A stretch of 64,000 bases of DNA from an uncultured Candidatus Saccharibacteria bacterium (GTDB taxonomy: Bacteria; Patescibacteriota; Minisyncoccia; Phycocordibacterales; SBAW01). The position numbers and the translations under genes are program-made. Numbering within the stretch: position 1 is the first letter of the stretch; every line of letters begins with the position of its first letter. Of the stretch, positions 40,420 to 49,800 are shown in pieces. The notes below the pieces were generated by a model. The model was given only the letters and a program-made list of their open reading frames with translations. It was not told the origin of the DNA and did not search any database. The stretch is taken from assembly GCA_964615415.1 (NCBI GenBank), contig CAZTNI010000003.1, forward strand, positions 79,235-143,234, read 5' to 3'.

Positions 40420-40597
40420 AAGGCTGCGTGCAGGAGTGAGGTATATCTCTCCGGAGCGCAGCCTTTTACTTTGCCTTTATAAAGCCGACCTAGAAAAGTA
40501 GATGTTCAGGAGTACTCGATTTTTCTGCTGAAAAATCGCTCAGTCCTCGCGCCGTCGCGCTGCGGAGCCTCCTGCCCACCTACTTTTCTAGGTCGGC
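40411..40597. repeat. Two adjacent long inverted repeats
   Basis: 18-bp arms 40411-40428/40457-40474 and 40484-40501/40580-40597 with an inner hairpin. Confidence 0.8.
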
Positions 40598-40659
40598 AAA
40601 CTGTGGTTATATATAAATGGTTCCGCTTTACGGATGAACTTTCAACAGAGGAGGCTTTT

Positions 40660-40854
40660 GTGGCTGAAGATGTAAAACAAACTCCTGTCTTTGTGGCAGG
40701 TGACTTCAAGTATCAGGGTTCGAAGAACCCGGATGGCACCACCTCGGTCGTTCGTTGGCCCCTTGATGGCACTCCGCAGGACTTTGGTCCCGAGCCTGTG
40801 ACCTACCTCAACGAGGCTCCGGCCGAAGTGGTGAGGGCTGTTAACCAGCTTTAA
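40660..40854 (+). CDS. Small hypothetical protein (accessory)
   Basis: GAGGAGG SD before GTG 40660; 3' end overlaps rnr. Confidence 0.55.
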   Translation: MAEDVKQTPVFVAGDFKYQGSKNPDGTTSVVRWPLDGTPQDFGPEPVTYLNEAPAEVVRAVNQL

Positions 40855-42769
40855 CCAGCTGGAATTCCAATTGGCGGGCGCTCAAGTCCGCGGCGGTCAG
40901 TTTGACTCGCACTCGATCCCCGAGTGCGAGTTTTCTTTTTGTCTTTTGGCCGACGAGTGCGTACTCCTTTGCAGAATAATTATAAAAGTCGTCGCCTATC
41001 GTGCGTACTGGTACCAAGCCTTCCGCAGCGCTCGTCTCTTCTTCCACGTATACGCCCCAGTCGGTTACGCCAGAAATAACCCCGGTAAATTCCTGGCCAA
41101 TTTTGCCCATCATAAACTCAACCTGCTTGTAGCGAATTGAGTCGCGCTCGGCTTCAACCGCTTTTGCTTCTTTAAGTGACGCGTCGATGCACATTTTTTC
41201 TAGCTGGCCATACTCAGTGCGTGTCATCGGCTTACCATCAAGGTGAGAAGCGAGGATACGGTGTACCAACATGTCCGGGTAGCGCCTAATTGGCGAGGTA
41301 AAATGCGTGTAGTACTCGAAGGCTAATCCGAAGTGCCCGATATTTTTCGTCGAGTAAATTGCCTTAGCCATCGAGCGGAGTGTCGCGGTGCGGATAAGAT
41401 GTTCCTCCGGCTTGCCCTCGATGTCTTTCAGGAGCTGTGCGATGTCGCGTGCGGTATACTTCTTTTTCTTACCTTTGTTGCCGAAGTCGTAGCCTATTGC
41501 ACGCACAAATGTTGCAAGCTCTTCAATCCGATCTTCTTTCGGGTCGTCGTGGATGCGGTAGAGGAAGACCATATTTTTCTCCGGCACTTTTGCTGCCAAT
41601 TCTGACACATAATGCGCGACCTCGCGGTTTGCAAGGAGCATAAACTCTTCAATGAGACGATTCGTTTCGATGCGTTGTTTACGGATAACGCGGAGCGGTT
41701 TACCGTCCTTGTCTAACTCAAACCGTACTTCGTTGTCGCCAAAGTCTATAGCGCCTTCGCGTACGCGCTTCTCGCTTAGTTTGCGTGCGATGTCGCGCAG
41801 TATAACGAGCTGCTCGTGGAAGGGACCGCTTCCGGTGTCGAGCGTTTTCTGTGCATCTTCGTAGGTGTAGCGCTTATTGGAGCGAATAACCGACTTGGCG
41901 AATTTGCGCGAAAGTACTTCGCCCGCTTTGTTCATGTGGAAGATCGCAGAGAAGGCGAGACGGTCTTCGTTTTCGCGTAGCGACGCAACATTGCCGGAGA
42001 GCTCGTGTGGGAGCATCGGGATGGTGGCGTCGACTAGGTAGACGCTCGTGCCGCGTTTTACCGCCTCGTCGTCGAGCGCGGTGCCAGGACGCACAAAGTA
42101 TGTCGCGTCGGCAATGTGCACGCCAACTTCAAGGGTGCCGTCGGGAAGTGCCTCGAGCGACAGTGCATCGTCAAAGTCCTTCGCATCGACCGGGTCGATC
42201 GTCATGGTTATTGTGTCCCGGAAGTCTTGACGCTTCGGAAGTTCGCTCGCAATAATCTGCGCGTGGTTTTTTTCTATATCGTGCGCCTCTGCCTGGACAC
42301 GCTCAGGGAAGGTGGTGCTAAAGCCATGCTCAAGCACAATGGCGTTCATCTCGACGCGGTGTTCGCCTGCTTTGCCCAGGTGTTCAACGACAGTACCGAC
42401 GGGGTCATCTTTACCGTCGAACGATACTAAGCGCACCAATACTTTTTCGCCTTCTTCAAACTGCGGTTCAGTAGCGAGGCGGATAGGGCGGTAGAAGCGC
42501 TTGTCGTCAGCGAGTGCAACCATTACTCCGTTATTGCGCTTTAGTGTCGCGACAAACTCTTCCTTAGCGCGGCTCACTACAGCAACCACTTTACCCTTCG
42601 GGCGAGGGTAGAGGTCGGTTAATTCAACCTCTACGGTGTCGCCGTTTAAAGCACCCATAAGGTCTTCAGGGCGGATCTCTATATCTTCTTTTTCGGGGTC
42701 CCAGGACAGGTATCCAACTGCTCGTCGTGTGAGTTCAATCACCCCGGAAAGGCGCTTCTTTTTAGGCAT
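40841..42769 (-). CDS. rnr: Ribonuclease R
   Basis: TIDPVDAKDFDDA, HFTSPIRRYPD, C-terminal S1. Confidence 0.95.
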   Translation of the reverse strand: MPKKKRLSGVIELTRRAVGYLSWDPEKEDIEIRPEDLMGALNGDTVEVELTDLYPRPKGKVVAVVSRAKEEFVATLKRNNGVMVALADDKRFYRPIRLATEPQFEEGEKVLVRLVSFDGKDDPVGTVVEHLGKAGEHRVEMNAIVLEHGFSTTFPERVQAEAHDIEKNHAQIIASELPKRQDFRDTITMTIDPVDAKDFDDALSLEALPDGTLEVGVHIADATYFVRPGTALDDEAVKRGTSVYLVDATIPMLPHELSGNVASLRENEDRLAFSAIFHMNKAGEVLSRKFAKSVIRSNKRYTYEDAQKTLDTGSGPFHEQLVILRDIARKLSEKRVREGAIDFGDNEVRFELDKDGKPLRVIRKQRIETNRLIEEFMLLANREVAHYVSELAAKVPEKNMVFLYRIHDDPKEDRIEELATFVRAIGYDFGNKGKKKKYTARDIAQLLKDIEGKPEEHLIRTATLRSMAKAIYSTKNIGHFGLAFEYYTHFTSPIRRYPDMLVHRILASHLDGKPMTRTEYGQLEKMCIDASLKEAKAVEAERDSIRYKQVEFMMGKIGQEFTGVISGVTDWGVYVEEETSAAEGLVPVRTIGDDFYNYSAKEYALVGQKTKRKLALGDRVRVKLTAADLSARQLEFQLVKAG

Positions 42770-42828
42770 TATGGCCCTACTATAGCAGAAATTGACTTAT
42801 TTGTAGCCCTCTGCTATTGTGTGCCCAC

Positions 42829-43203
42829 ATGTTAACGATCAGATTACAGCGCGTCGGCCGCAAAAATGACCCGTCTTTCCGCGTGGTTGCTGTTGAGTCT
42901 AAGCGCAAGCCACAGGCAGGCAACTACCTCGAAATGCTCGGGTTCTATGACGCACGCTCAGACCGCACCGACCTTAAGGCAGACCGCATTAAACACTGGA
43001 TCAGCAATGGCGCTACTGTGTCCGACACTGTCCACAACCTCCTCGTAACGCACAAGATTATCGACGCAAAGAAGATAAACGTGCTCCCACGTAAGTCTCC
43101 TCCGAAGAAAGAAGGTGAAGAGGCTGCCCCATCTGCACCCGCAGCAGAGGCTCCAGTAGCAGAAGCAGGGGATAACCCAGTTGCTGCAGAAACAACCGCC
43201 TAA
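42829..43203 (+). CDS. rpsP: 30S ribosomal protein bS16
   Basis: MLTIRLQRVGRK..P.FRVV; GATVSDTV. Confidence 0.96.
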   Translation: MLTIRLQRVGRKNDPSFRVVAVESKRKPQAGNYLEMLGFYDARSDRTDLKADRIKHWISNGATVSDTVHNLLVTHKIIDAKKINVLPRKSPPKKEGEEAAPSAPAAEAPVAEAGDNPVAAETTA

Positions 43204-43244
43204 TACAATTAGAAGCGGTTGTTTTAAAAATTATACTTACAGCA

Positions 43245-43604
43245 ATGGCAGAAAAGGATCAGGAATTTTTGGAATTTGTAGTAAAAGGTTTAGTTGAAAA
43301 CCCGGACGCGGTTAAAATTGGCCGCACAGTCGACGAGATGGGCGTACTTTTGACTCTCGACCTGCACCCGGAAGACATGGGCAAAGTTATCGGTCGCTCG
43401 GGCAACACCGCTAAGGCTATCCGCACGCTCCTTCGCGTTGTCGGGATGAAGCACAATGCTCGCGTTAACCTTAAAATTAACGAGCCGGCAGGCGGTATGC
43501 GTGCTCCAGGGGCAGACACGCCAACGTCGTGGAAGGGCTCGGGCGAGCAGTCTCCAACCATGAAGTCGGTAGACGAAGCGATGGAAGACCTTGGAAATTT
43601 CTAA
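43245..43604 (+). CDS. khpA: KH-domain RNA-binding protein
   Basis: DMGKVIGRSGNTAKAIRTL; follows rpsP. Confidence 0.9.
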   Translation: MAEKDQEFLEFVVKGLVENPDAVKIGRTVDEMGVLLTLDLHPEDMGKVIGRSGNTAKAIRTLLRVVGMKHNARVNLKINEPAGGMRAPGADTPTSWKGSGEQSPTMKSVDEAMEDLGNF

Positions 43605-43712
43605 ACGAGATATTTTACAAAAAGCCCCGCAAGGGGCTTTTTGCTTGACCAACATTCCCTAAGCACGTATGGTCTGCACAGAAGCAACTATACAAGGTAG
43701 TAGGAGGAATAT

Positions 43713-44408
43713 GTGCGTATAAAATCACAGTTGCAACGCGTGCTCCTTGTGGGCAATGGTCACATGGAGAAGGGGGTTATACAGCAGTGTGGGAAAGAAA
43801 AGGTCGGATATCGAAAATTCTCTCCCACGGGGTGGTACCACGAACAGGTGGCTATACATGTAGGGAGTGGGAGAGAGTTCCCCGCATTACTGCACCACTG
43901 TGAGCGGCATCGTATACCAATCATCCAGTGCTCTTCAGGGATTGTATTGCCGGAAGTGGTACCGGTGCCAATTGTGTCGGTGTCAAATGCGGCACTTTCT
44001 GCCCAGTGGTTTTTCCAAGACTTGGAAGCACAGGTGAACATATACAGGACTCGGCACCCAACCTGGTGCTTGGTAGAGTCGCATCAGGCAGAAAAGACGA
44101 CAGTGTCTGCAACTGCGCTTCATATTGCTAACATTTTGGGAATCCCGCATGATGAAATCATTTCTATCCGTGACACGGAAGATCAACTGAAGATGGGGAT
44201 CCCGCGGGAGCATCTTGCGGCGCATGCGTACCATCGGGTAAGTGGTGTAGTGGGCGAGGGAAAAATTGAACTCTCGCTTGAAATCCATGGTCGCGAAGAA
44301 TATGCCGAGGGCATACTGCGCATTGCAAAGATGGTGCACTTGGTGCGCAACGATCTGCAAAACCAGGTCTATCCGGCTAAGTACTTTTTGAAACACCTTT
44401 TGGTGTAA
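43713..44408 (+). CDS. Divergent DapB-like protein (accessory)
   Basis: GNGHM, ESHQAEKTTVSATA, HGREEYAEG; own TTGACC-17-TATGGT promoter, AGGAGG SD and terminator. Confidence 0.65.
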   Translation: MRIKSQLQRVLLVGNGHMEKGVIQQCGKEKVGYRKFSPTGWYHEQVAIHVGSGREFPALLHHCERHRIPIIQCSSGIVLPEVVPVPIVSVSNAALSAQWFFQDLEAQVNIYRTRHPTWCLVESHQAEKTTVSATALHIANILGIPHDEIISIRDTEDQLKMGIPREHLAAHAYHRVSGVVGEGKIELSLEIHGREEYAEGILRIAKMVHLVRNDLQNQVYPAKYFLKHLLV

Positions 44409-44476
44409 GGCCGCTCGCCAGAGCGGCCTTTTCTTTTTATGTAGACATTTTGTATAAAGTGTGGTAATTTACTTAC

Positions 44477-45121
44477 GTGAATTTCCATGTAATCACTCTT
44501 TTTCCGGAAGTTGTTGAGGCTTATACAAATGCCTCGATTCTTGGTCGTGCGCAGAAGGAAGGCCTACTTAAGGTAGAGGCACGCCAGTTGCGTGACTCTG
44601 TAACTAATAAATGGGGCAAGGTGGACGAGCGCCCATACGGCGGCGGCCCAGGAATGGTCATTCAGGCCGAACCAGTCATTAAAGCTGTGGAAGCTATAAA
44701 GAAGAATAAAAAGATGAAAGTGCTTATTACTGCTGCCGGTGGTAAGCCACTTACCAATGCCTACGCTCGTGCACTTTCAAAACAGAAGGACGTCATTATT
44801 GTCTGCGGTCGCTACGAGGGCATTGATGCTCGCGCAAAGAAAGTTTTAAAGGCAGAGGAAGTTTCTGTTGGCCCATATATTTTGACTGGCGGGGAAGTGC
44901 CCGCACTTGCAATAATCGACGCGACTGCACGCCAAATTAAAGGAGTGCTCGGTAAATTTGAATCATTAGAGGAAAGCCGGGTAGCCAGCCACGACATCTA
45001 CACCCGTCCGGAAGTTTTAAAGCACAAAGGTAAGAATTATCGCGTGCCAAAAGTCCTTCTCTCAGGCAATCATGCAAAGATAGACGAGCTCCGCAGTAAG
45101 AAGTTAAGCAAACCAGAATAA
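44477..45121 (+). CDS. trmD: tRNA (guanine37-N1)-methyltransferase
   Basis: TLFPE, PYGGGPGMV, CGRYEGID, YTRP, LLSGNH. Confidence 0.96.
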   Translation: MNFHVITLFPEVVEAYTNASILGRAQKEGLLKVEARQLRDSVTNKWGKVDERPYGGGPGMVIQAEPVIKAVEAIKKNKKMKVLITAAGGKPLTNAYARALSKQKDVIIVCGRYEGIDARAKKVLKAEEVSVGPYILTGGEVPALAIIDATARQIKGVLGKFESLEESRVASHDIYTRPEVLKHKGKNYRVPKVLLSGNHAKIDELRSKKLSKPE

Positions 45122-45175
45122 TAAAAAGAAAACGCCCCGTCGAAACGAAAGCGTTTCTTAGGGGCGGATTGCGTA

Positions 45176-45415
45176 CTAGAGATTCATCTTCTTGAGCTTT
45201 TCTTTCAGCTCGGCGGTGTCGGGAATGTTCTCTTCTCCGGCGAGGCGTCGCAGATCCATGTCTACGGCAAACTCCACAGTGTTGAGATGGATAGCCTCAA
45301 GCATTTGAGCTTCCGTTATGGTCTGACCAGCCTTGAGACCCATCTGATCGAGAGTCGCCTGGGTAACAAGAAGGTGGTCGAGACCTTCAACGAAAACAGT
45401 CTTTAAGTCAGTCAC
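45176..45415 (-). CDS. Cassette ORF 1, hypothetical (79 aa)
   Basis: AGGAGG then GTG at 45415, directly downstream of promoter repeat 1. Confidence 0.65.
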   Translation of the reverse strand: MTDLKTVFVEGLDHLLVTQATLDQMGLKAGQTITEAQMLEAIHLNTVEFAVDMDLRRLAGEENIPDTAELKEKLKKMNL

Positions 45416-45420
45416 TGCTA

Positions 45421-45491
45421 CCTCCTGTTTGATGTCCAACTAGAGCATAAAATGCTAAAAAAGCGGCATTTTGTCAACAAAAGAAAAAGCG
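45421..45491 (-). repeat. Promoter-leader repeat, copy 1
   Basis: 66/71 identical to 45801-45871; includes terminator tail, TTGACA and AGGAGG. Confidence 0.9.
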
Positions 45492-45515
45492 CCCGAAGCG
45501 GGCGCTTTAAAATTT

Positions 45516-45794
45516 TCACAGGGCGCCAGCGATGTATGCTTGCTCGATTGCCATGAGGAAGGCAAGTCGCTCTGCTGGTGTGGTGCCAGCAGTTAGCTCC
45601 ACCATGATGTGGTTATTGTCGCGTCCCGATTCTGTAAGAGTGTGTCCAACCATATGTTGCTGAGTAATTTCCCTGAGCTCAGTCTCAGAGGGTAGTCGAG
45701 TCGGCTTATTGTCGACTCTTCCGATCCGCCAGGTAGAGTGGCCTTTTCTTTCTCCTCCATCTCTGGCCCATCGCCTCATTTCAAGTAAATCCAT
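45516..45794 (-). CDS. Cassette ORF 2, hypothetical (92 aa)
   Basis: AGGAGG then ATG at 45794; terminator at about 45487-45508. Confidence 0.65.
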   Translation of the reverse strand: MDLLEMRRWARDGGERKGHSTWRIGRVDNKPTRLPSETELREITQQHMVGHTLTESGRDNNHIMVELTAGTTPAERLAFLMAIEQAYIAGAL

Positions 45795-45800
45795 CGCACT

Positions 45801-45871
45801 CCTCCTGTGTGGTGTCCAACTGAGGCATAAAATGCTAAAAAAGCGGCATTTTGTCAACAAAAGAAAAAGCG
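45801..45871 (-). repeat. Promoter-leader repeat, copy 2
   Basis: 380 bp from copy 1, 630 bp from copy 3. Confidence 0.9.
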
Positions 45872-45912
45872 GCGCACTTTGCGCCGCTTGTTTTTGTGAT
45901 CGAGGGAGAGAG

Positions 45913-46419
45913 CTAGAGATGCATCCACCCGTGATACGCATGGTGGCCTATTGTGAACGTTCTATCGATTGGCTGAATGGTTTCTTCACCCCAAAATCGA
46001 GAAGGGCCTCCATTGTGGGTATTTATGTAGGAGAGCCCCGCTTCTTCGTCGGTGAAATACTCGGGTCCTCTGAACCCAAAGAATTTCGTGTCGGTGAGAC
46101 CTGCAAGAAGAGCCTTGCGCAGGAAAGGGGTTACTTCCTTGGGGTACGAGCCGAAGTAGGTCATATACATGACCACCTCTTCGTTCCTCCAGGTGCAAAT
46201 GTAGCCGCCCGACATACCAGTCTCTCTGTTGGTCCAGTAGTCGTCGACGAGTACGTGTCCATGCTTTCGGTCTTCTACTCGGAACCTCTTCCATCCTGGC
46301 ATGGTTGTGATGGGGGTTGCCTTGCCTCCACCTGCATAGCTGTTCTCGGAGGTAAGGGCGCGAAAGACGAAGGTAACAAGCGCTAGTGCAGCTGGTGAGG
46401 GATGATTCCCAATAGCCAT
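45913..46419 (-). CDS. Cassette ORF 3, DUF5680-like
   Basis: YAGGG...MTYFG...FLRKAL...FRGP...YHG pattern; AAGGA SD. Confidence 0.65.
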   Translation of the reverse strand: MAIGNHPSPAALALVTFVFRALTSENSYAGGGKATPITTMPGWKRFRVEDRKHGHVLVDDYWTNRETGMSGGYICTWRNEEVVMYMTYFGSYPKEVTPFLRKALLAGLTDTKFFGFRGPEYFTDEEAGLSYINTHNGGPSRFWGEETIQPIDRTFTIGHHAYHGWMHL

Positions 46420-46441
46420 TGCAAAGATCCTTTCTTCGGTT

Positions 46442-46487
46442 GTGTCCAACTGAGGCATAAAATGCTAAAAAAGTCGCTTTTTGTCAA
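46442..46487 (-). repeat. Promoter repeat, copy 3
   Basis: 43/46 identical to 45812-45857. Confidence 0.9.
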
Positions 46488-46560
46488 GTTTCGGGGTCAA
46501 AAGGGTACTTTTTCCCTAAGTAGAGCTTGACGATAGGGTGAAGGCGAGTATACTCAATAT

Positions 46561-46688
46561 TGAAACCAAAAGGCGGGGTACAGAATGAGTTTTGAGGGCT
46601 AAAGGGTTTTCAAACATAGGGGGAATGGGAATCACCTGCAACTGAGTCTAAAACTCGAGTCGGGGAGCTTACGCGCTCCCGCTCTTTT
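46561..46688 (+). ncRNA. Candidate sRNA or terminated leader upstream of rpoBC
   Basis: TTGACG-16-TATACT (46527-46554), no long ORF, ends in GGGAGC/GCTCCC hairpin plus T-run. Confidence 0.4.
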
Positions 46689-46701
46689 CGTGTTTAGGAC
46701 C

Positions 46702-46710
46702 TGTGGATAA
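46702..46710 (-). promoter_or_regulatory. Perfect DnaA box
   Basis: TTATCCACA on the minus strand, about 110 bp upstream of rpoBC. Confidence 0.45.
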
Positions 46711-46820
46711 CTCTATTGCGCCTCGTCCGTTTTTCTTTTTCATAAGTTCCGTTCAAAAGTGTTCACGTTTGTGTCCCTCATTAATTACAAGCGTTCGCTC
46801 GTCATAATTAGTAACACCAC

Positions 46821-49800
46821 ATGCGTCAGCAAAAATTCTTCAGCCGCTTCCGTGCACCACGCGTCGAGACTCCCAACCTCGTAGCGGCACAGCTCGATTC
46901 GTACAAATGGCTTCTTGAAGAAGGAGTCAAGGAAACCTTTAAGGAATTCTCTTCTATTAAGGACTACTCGGGGAAAAAGTTTGATCTCGAGTTCGTAAAG
47001 ATGGAATTGGGCGAGCCGAAGTTCGACGAGCACTACGCAAAGGCACAGAAGATGACGCTTGATGCGCCGCTTCGCGCTATTGTCCGCCTCCGCAACAAAG
47101 CAGCAGGTACTGCAAACGAGCAGGAAATTTTCCTTGCTGATTTTCCATTGATGACCGACCACGGTACGTTCGTCATCAACGGTGTTGAGCGCGTTATCGT
47201 GCCACAACTCGCACGCTCATACGGTGTCTTCTTTACTGCTGAGGAAACGAAGGGGAAGCGCCACTTTGGTGCAAAGATCATTCCAGCGCGTGGTGCCTGG
47301 ATTGAAATCGAGGGCGGCAGCGACGACGAGCTTTCTGTCCGCATCGACCGCAAGCGCAAGTTCCCTGCGACATCACTCCTTCGTATTTTGGGCGCACAGT
47401 ACGACTCTGACTTGAAGTCGCTTATGTCGACAACCGCGCATGGTAAGCGCTGGATCGAAGCTGCACTTGAGCGCGACCCTGCAAAAACGCAGGAGGATGC
47501 ATATATAGAGATCCACAAGCGCCTCCGCGACGGCGACATGGCAACGGCTGCAAACGCGCGCGAGTATATCGATTCTATTTTCTCTGAGGAGCGCTACGAC
47601 CTTTCTCGTGTTGGTCGCTTCCGTTTTAATCAGCGCTTCCACAAGTCGCTCGATGAAAAGGAGCTTACCCGCAAGACCCTTTCGTTGGATGACGTCGTTA
47701 CGGTGCTCCAGCATGTCTTGGAGCTCGAAAACAATCCTGACGCGATGGAAGACAACATCGACCACCTTGGCTCACGCCGCGTACGCTACGTTGGCGAAAT
47801 GCTCCAGCAGCGCCTCCGTGTTGGTTTGACCCACATGAAGCGCAATATTCAGGACCGCATGTCGACTATCGATGCTGACGCAACGATGCCGGTCATGTTC
47901 GTAAACCCGCGCCCACTCCAGGCTCGTATTAAAGAATTCTTTACGACGAACCAGCTTTCGCAGTTCATGCAGCAGACTAACGCGCTTGAAGAGCTCGAGC
48001 ACCTTCGCACACTTTCTGCACTCGGTCCGGGTGGTCTTACCCGCGAGCGTGCAGGCTTCGAAGTGCGCGACGTGCACCCGTCGCACTACGGCCGCCTCTG
48101 TCCGATCCATACTCCTGAAGGTCCGAACATCGGTCTTATTCTTCGTCTTTCAACGTTTGCGCGCCTTAACGAATTCGGCATGATCGAAACGCCGTACTCA
48201 AAAGTAGTAAACGGCAAGATCACGAACGAAATCGTCTACCTGAACGCAGCAGAAGAAGAGAAAGAGATTATTGCGCATGCAGGTGTGAAGGTTGCCGATG
48301 ATGGCAAGATCCTCCAAGACACCGTTGAAGTCCGTCTTGCGGGCGCTCCTGCTCGTATTCCTGCAGCAGATGTGAAATACATCGACGTTGCTCCAGAGCA
48401 GCCATTCTCAATCGCTACTTCGATGATCCCATTCCTCGAGCACGACGATGCAAACCGTTCTCTCATGGGTTCGAACATGCAGAAGCAGGCTACCCCATGT
48501 ATCGTTCCTGAAGCGCCGCTCGTTGGTACTGGTGTTGAAGGTCGTGCCGCAAAGGACACGGGCCGCCTCCACCTCGCTAAAGAAGAGGGTATTGTTACTG
48601 CTGCCGATGGCCGTAAGGTTGTTGTTAAAAACGCAAAGGGTAAAGATGTTGAGTATCCGCTCGTAAACTATGTCCGCACCAACGGCTTTACTGCACTCCA
48701 CCAGCGCCCAGCGGTGTCTGTAGGACAGAAAGTGAAGAAGGGTGACCTTCTTGCCGACACCTCGTCATCAGACGGCGGTCAGCTCGCACTCGGTCAAAAC
48801 GTACTCGTTGCGTTTATGTGCTGGTCGGGTGCTAACTACGAAGACGCTATCATTATTTCTGAGCGTCTCGTAAAAGACTCTAAGTTCTCATCTATTCATA
48901 TTGAAGAGTTCGTATGTAACGTCCGCGACACCAAACTTGGTCCGGAGGAAACAACACACGACATCCCGAACGTCTCTGAAGTGAAGCTCCGCAACCTCGA
49001 CGAGGACGGTGTTATCCGTGTTGGTTCAGAAGTACGCCCAGGCGACATCCTTGTTGGTAAAATTACACCAAAGGGTGAGACACAGCTCACGCCTGAAGAG
49101 CGTCTCCTCCGTTCGATCTTCGGCGACAAGGCTCGCGATGTGAAGGACTCGTCACTCCGTGTAGAAAACGGTAAGCGCGGTCGCATCATTGGTGTCAAAG
49201 TATTCTCACGTGAAGCTGGCCACCAGCTCGAGTCAGGCATCATTAAGCGCATTCATATTGAAGTTGCACAGCTCCGCACTGTGTCTGTTGGTGACAAGCT
49301 CGCAGGTCGCCACGGTAACAAGGGTGTTATTTCCCGCATCCTTCCAGAAGAAGACATGCCATACATGGAAGATGGTCGTCCGGTAGATGTGATCCTCACA
49401 CCACTCGGCGTGCCGTCTCGTATGAACCTCGGTCAGATTCTTGAGTTGCACCTTGGTCTTGCGGCAAACACACTCAACTACCAGGCAATCTGTCCTCCAT
49501 TTGCAGGTGCAACCGATACTGAAATCCGCGAGGAATTGAAGAAAGCAGGCTTTGCAGAGTCAGGCAAGATGCCGCTCTACGACGGCCGCACCGGCGAGAA
49601 GTTCGAGCAGGACATCGCAGTGGGGTACATGTACGTCTTGAAGCTCCATCACATGGTGGAAGACAAGATCCACATGCGCTCTATCGGTCCGTACTCGCTT
49701 ATTACGCAGCAGCCACTCGGCGGTAAGGCACAAGGCGGCGGTCAGCGCTTCGGCGAAATGGAAGTGTGGGCACTTTTGGGCTACGGCGCTGCATATACGC

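Noticed and set aside
45709-46386. 225-aa plus-strand ORF
   Set aside because: Antisense to cassette ORFs whose promoter, SD and terminator are on the minus strand.
45421-46487. CRISPR array
   Set aside because: Only three repeats, separated by whole genes (period 380 and 630 bp); no cas genes.
46600-46690. Cobalamin riboswitch (GGGAA...GCAACTG)
   Set aside because: Only fragments match; no proper B12 box and the gene context does not fit.
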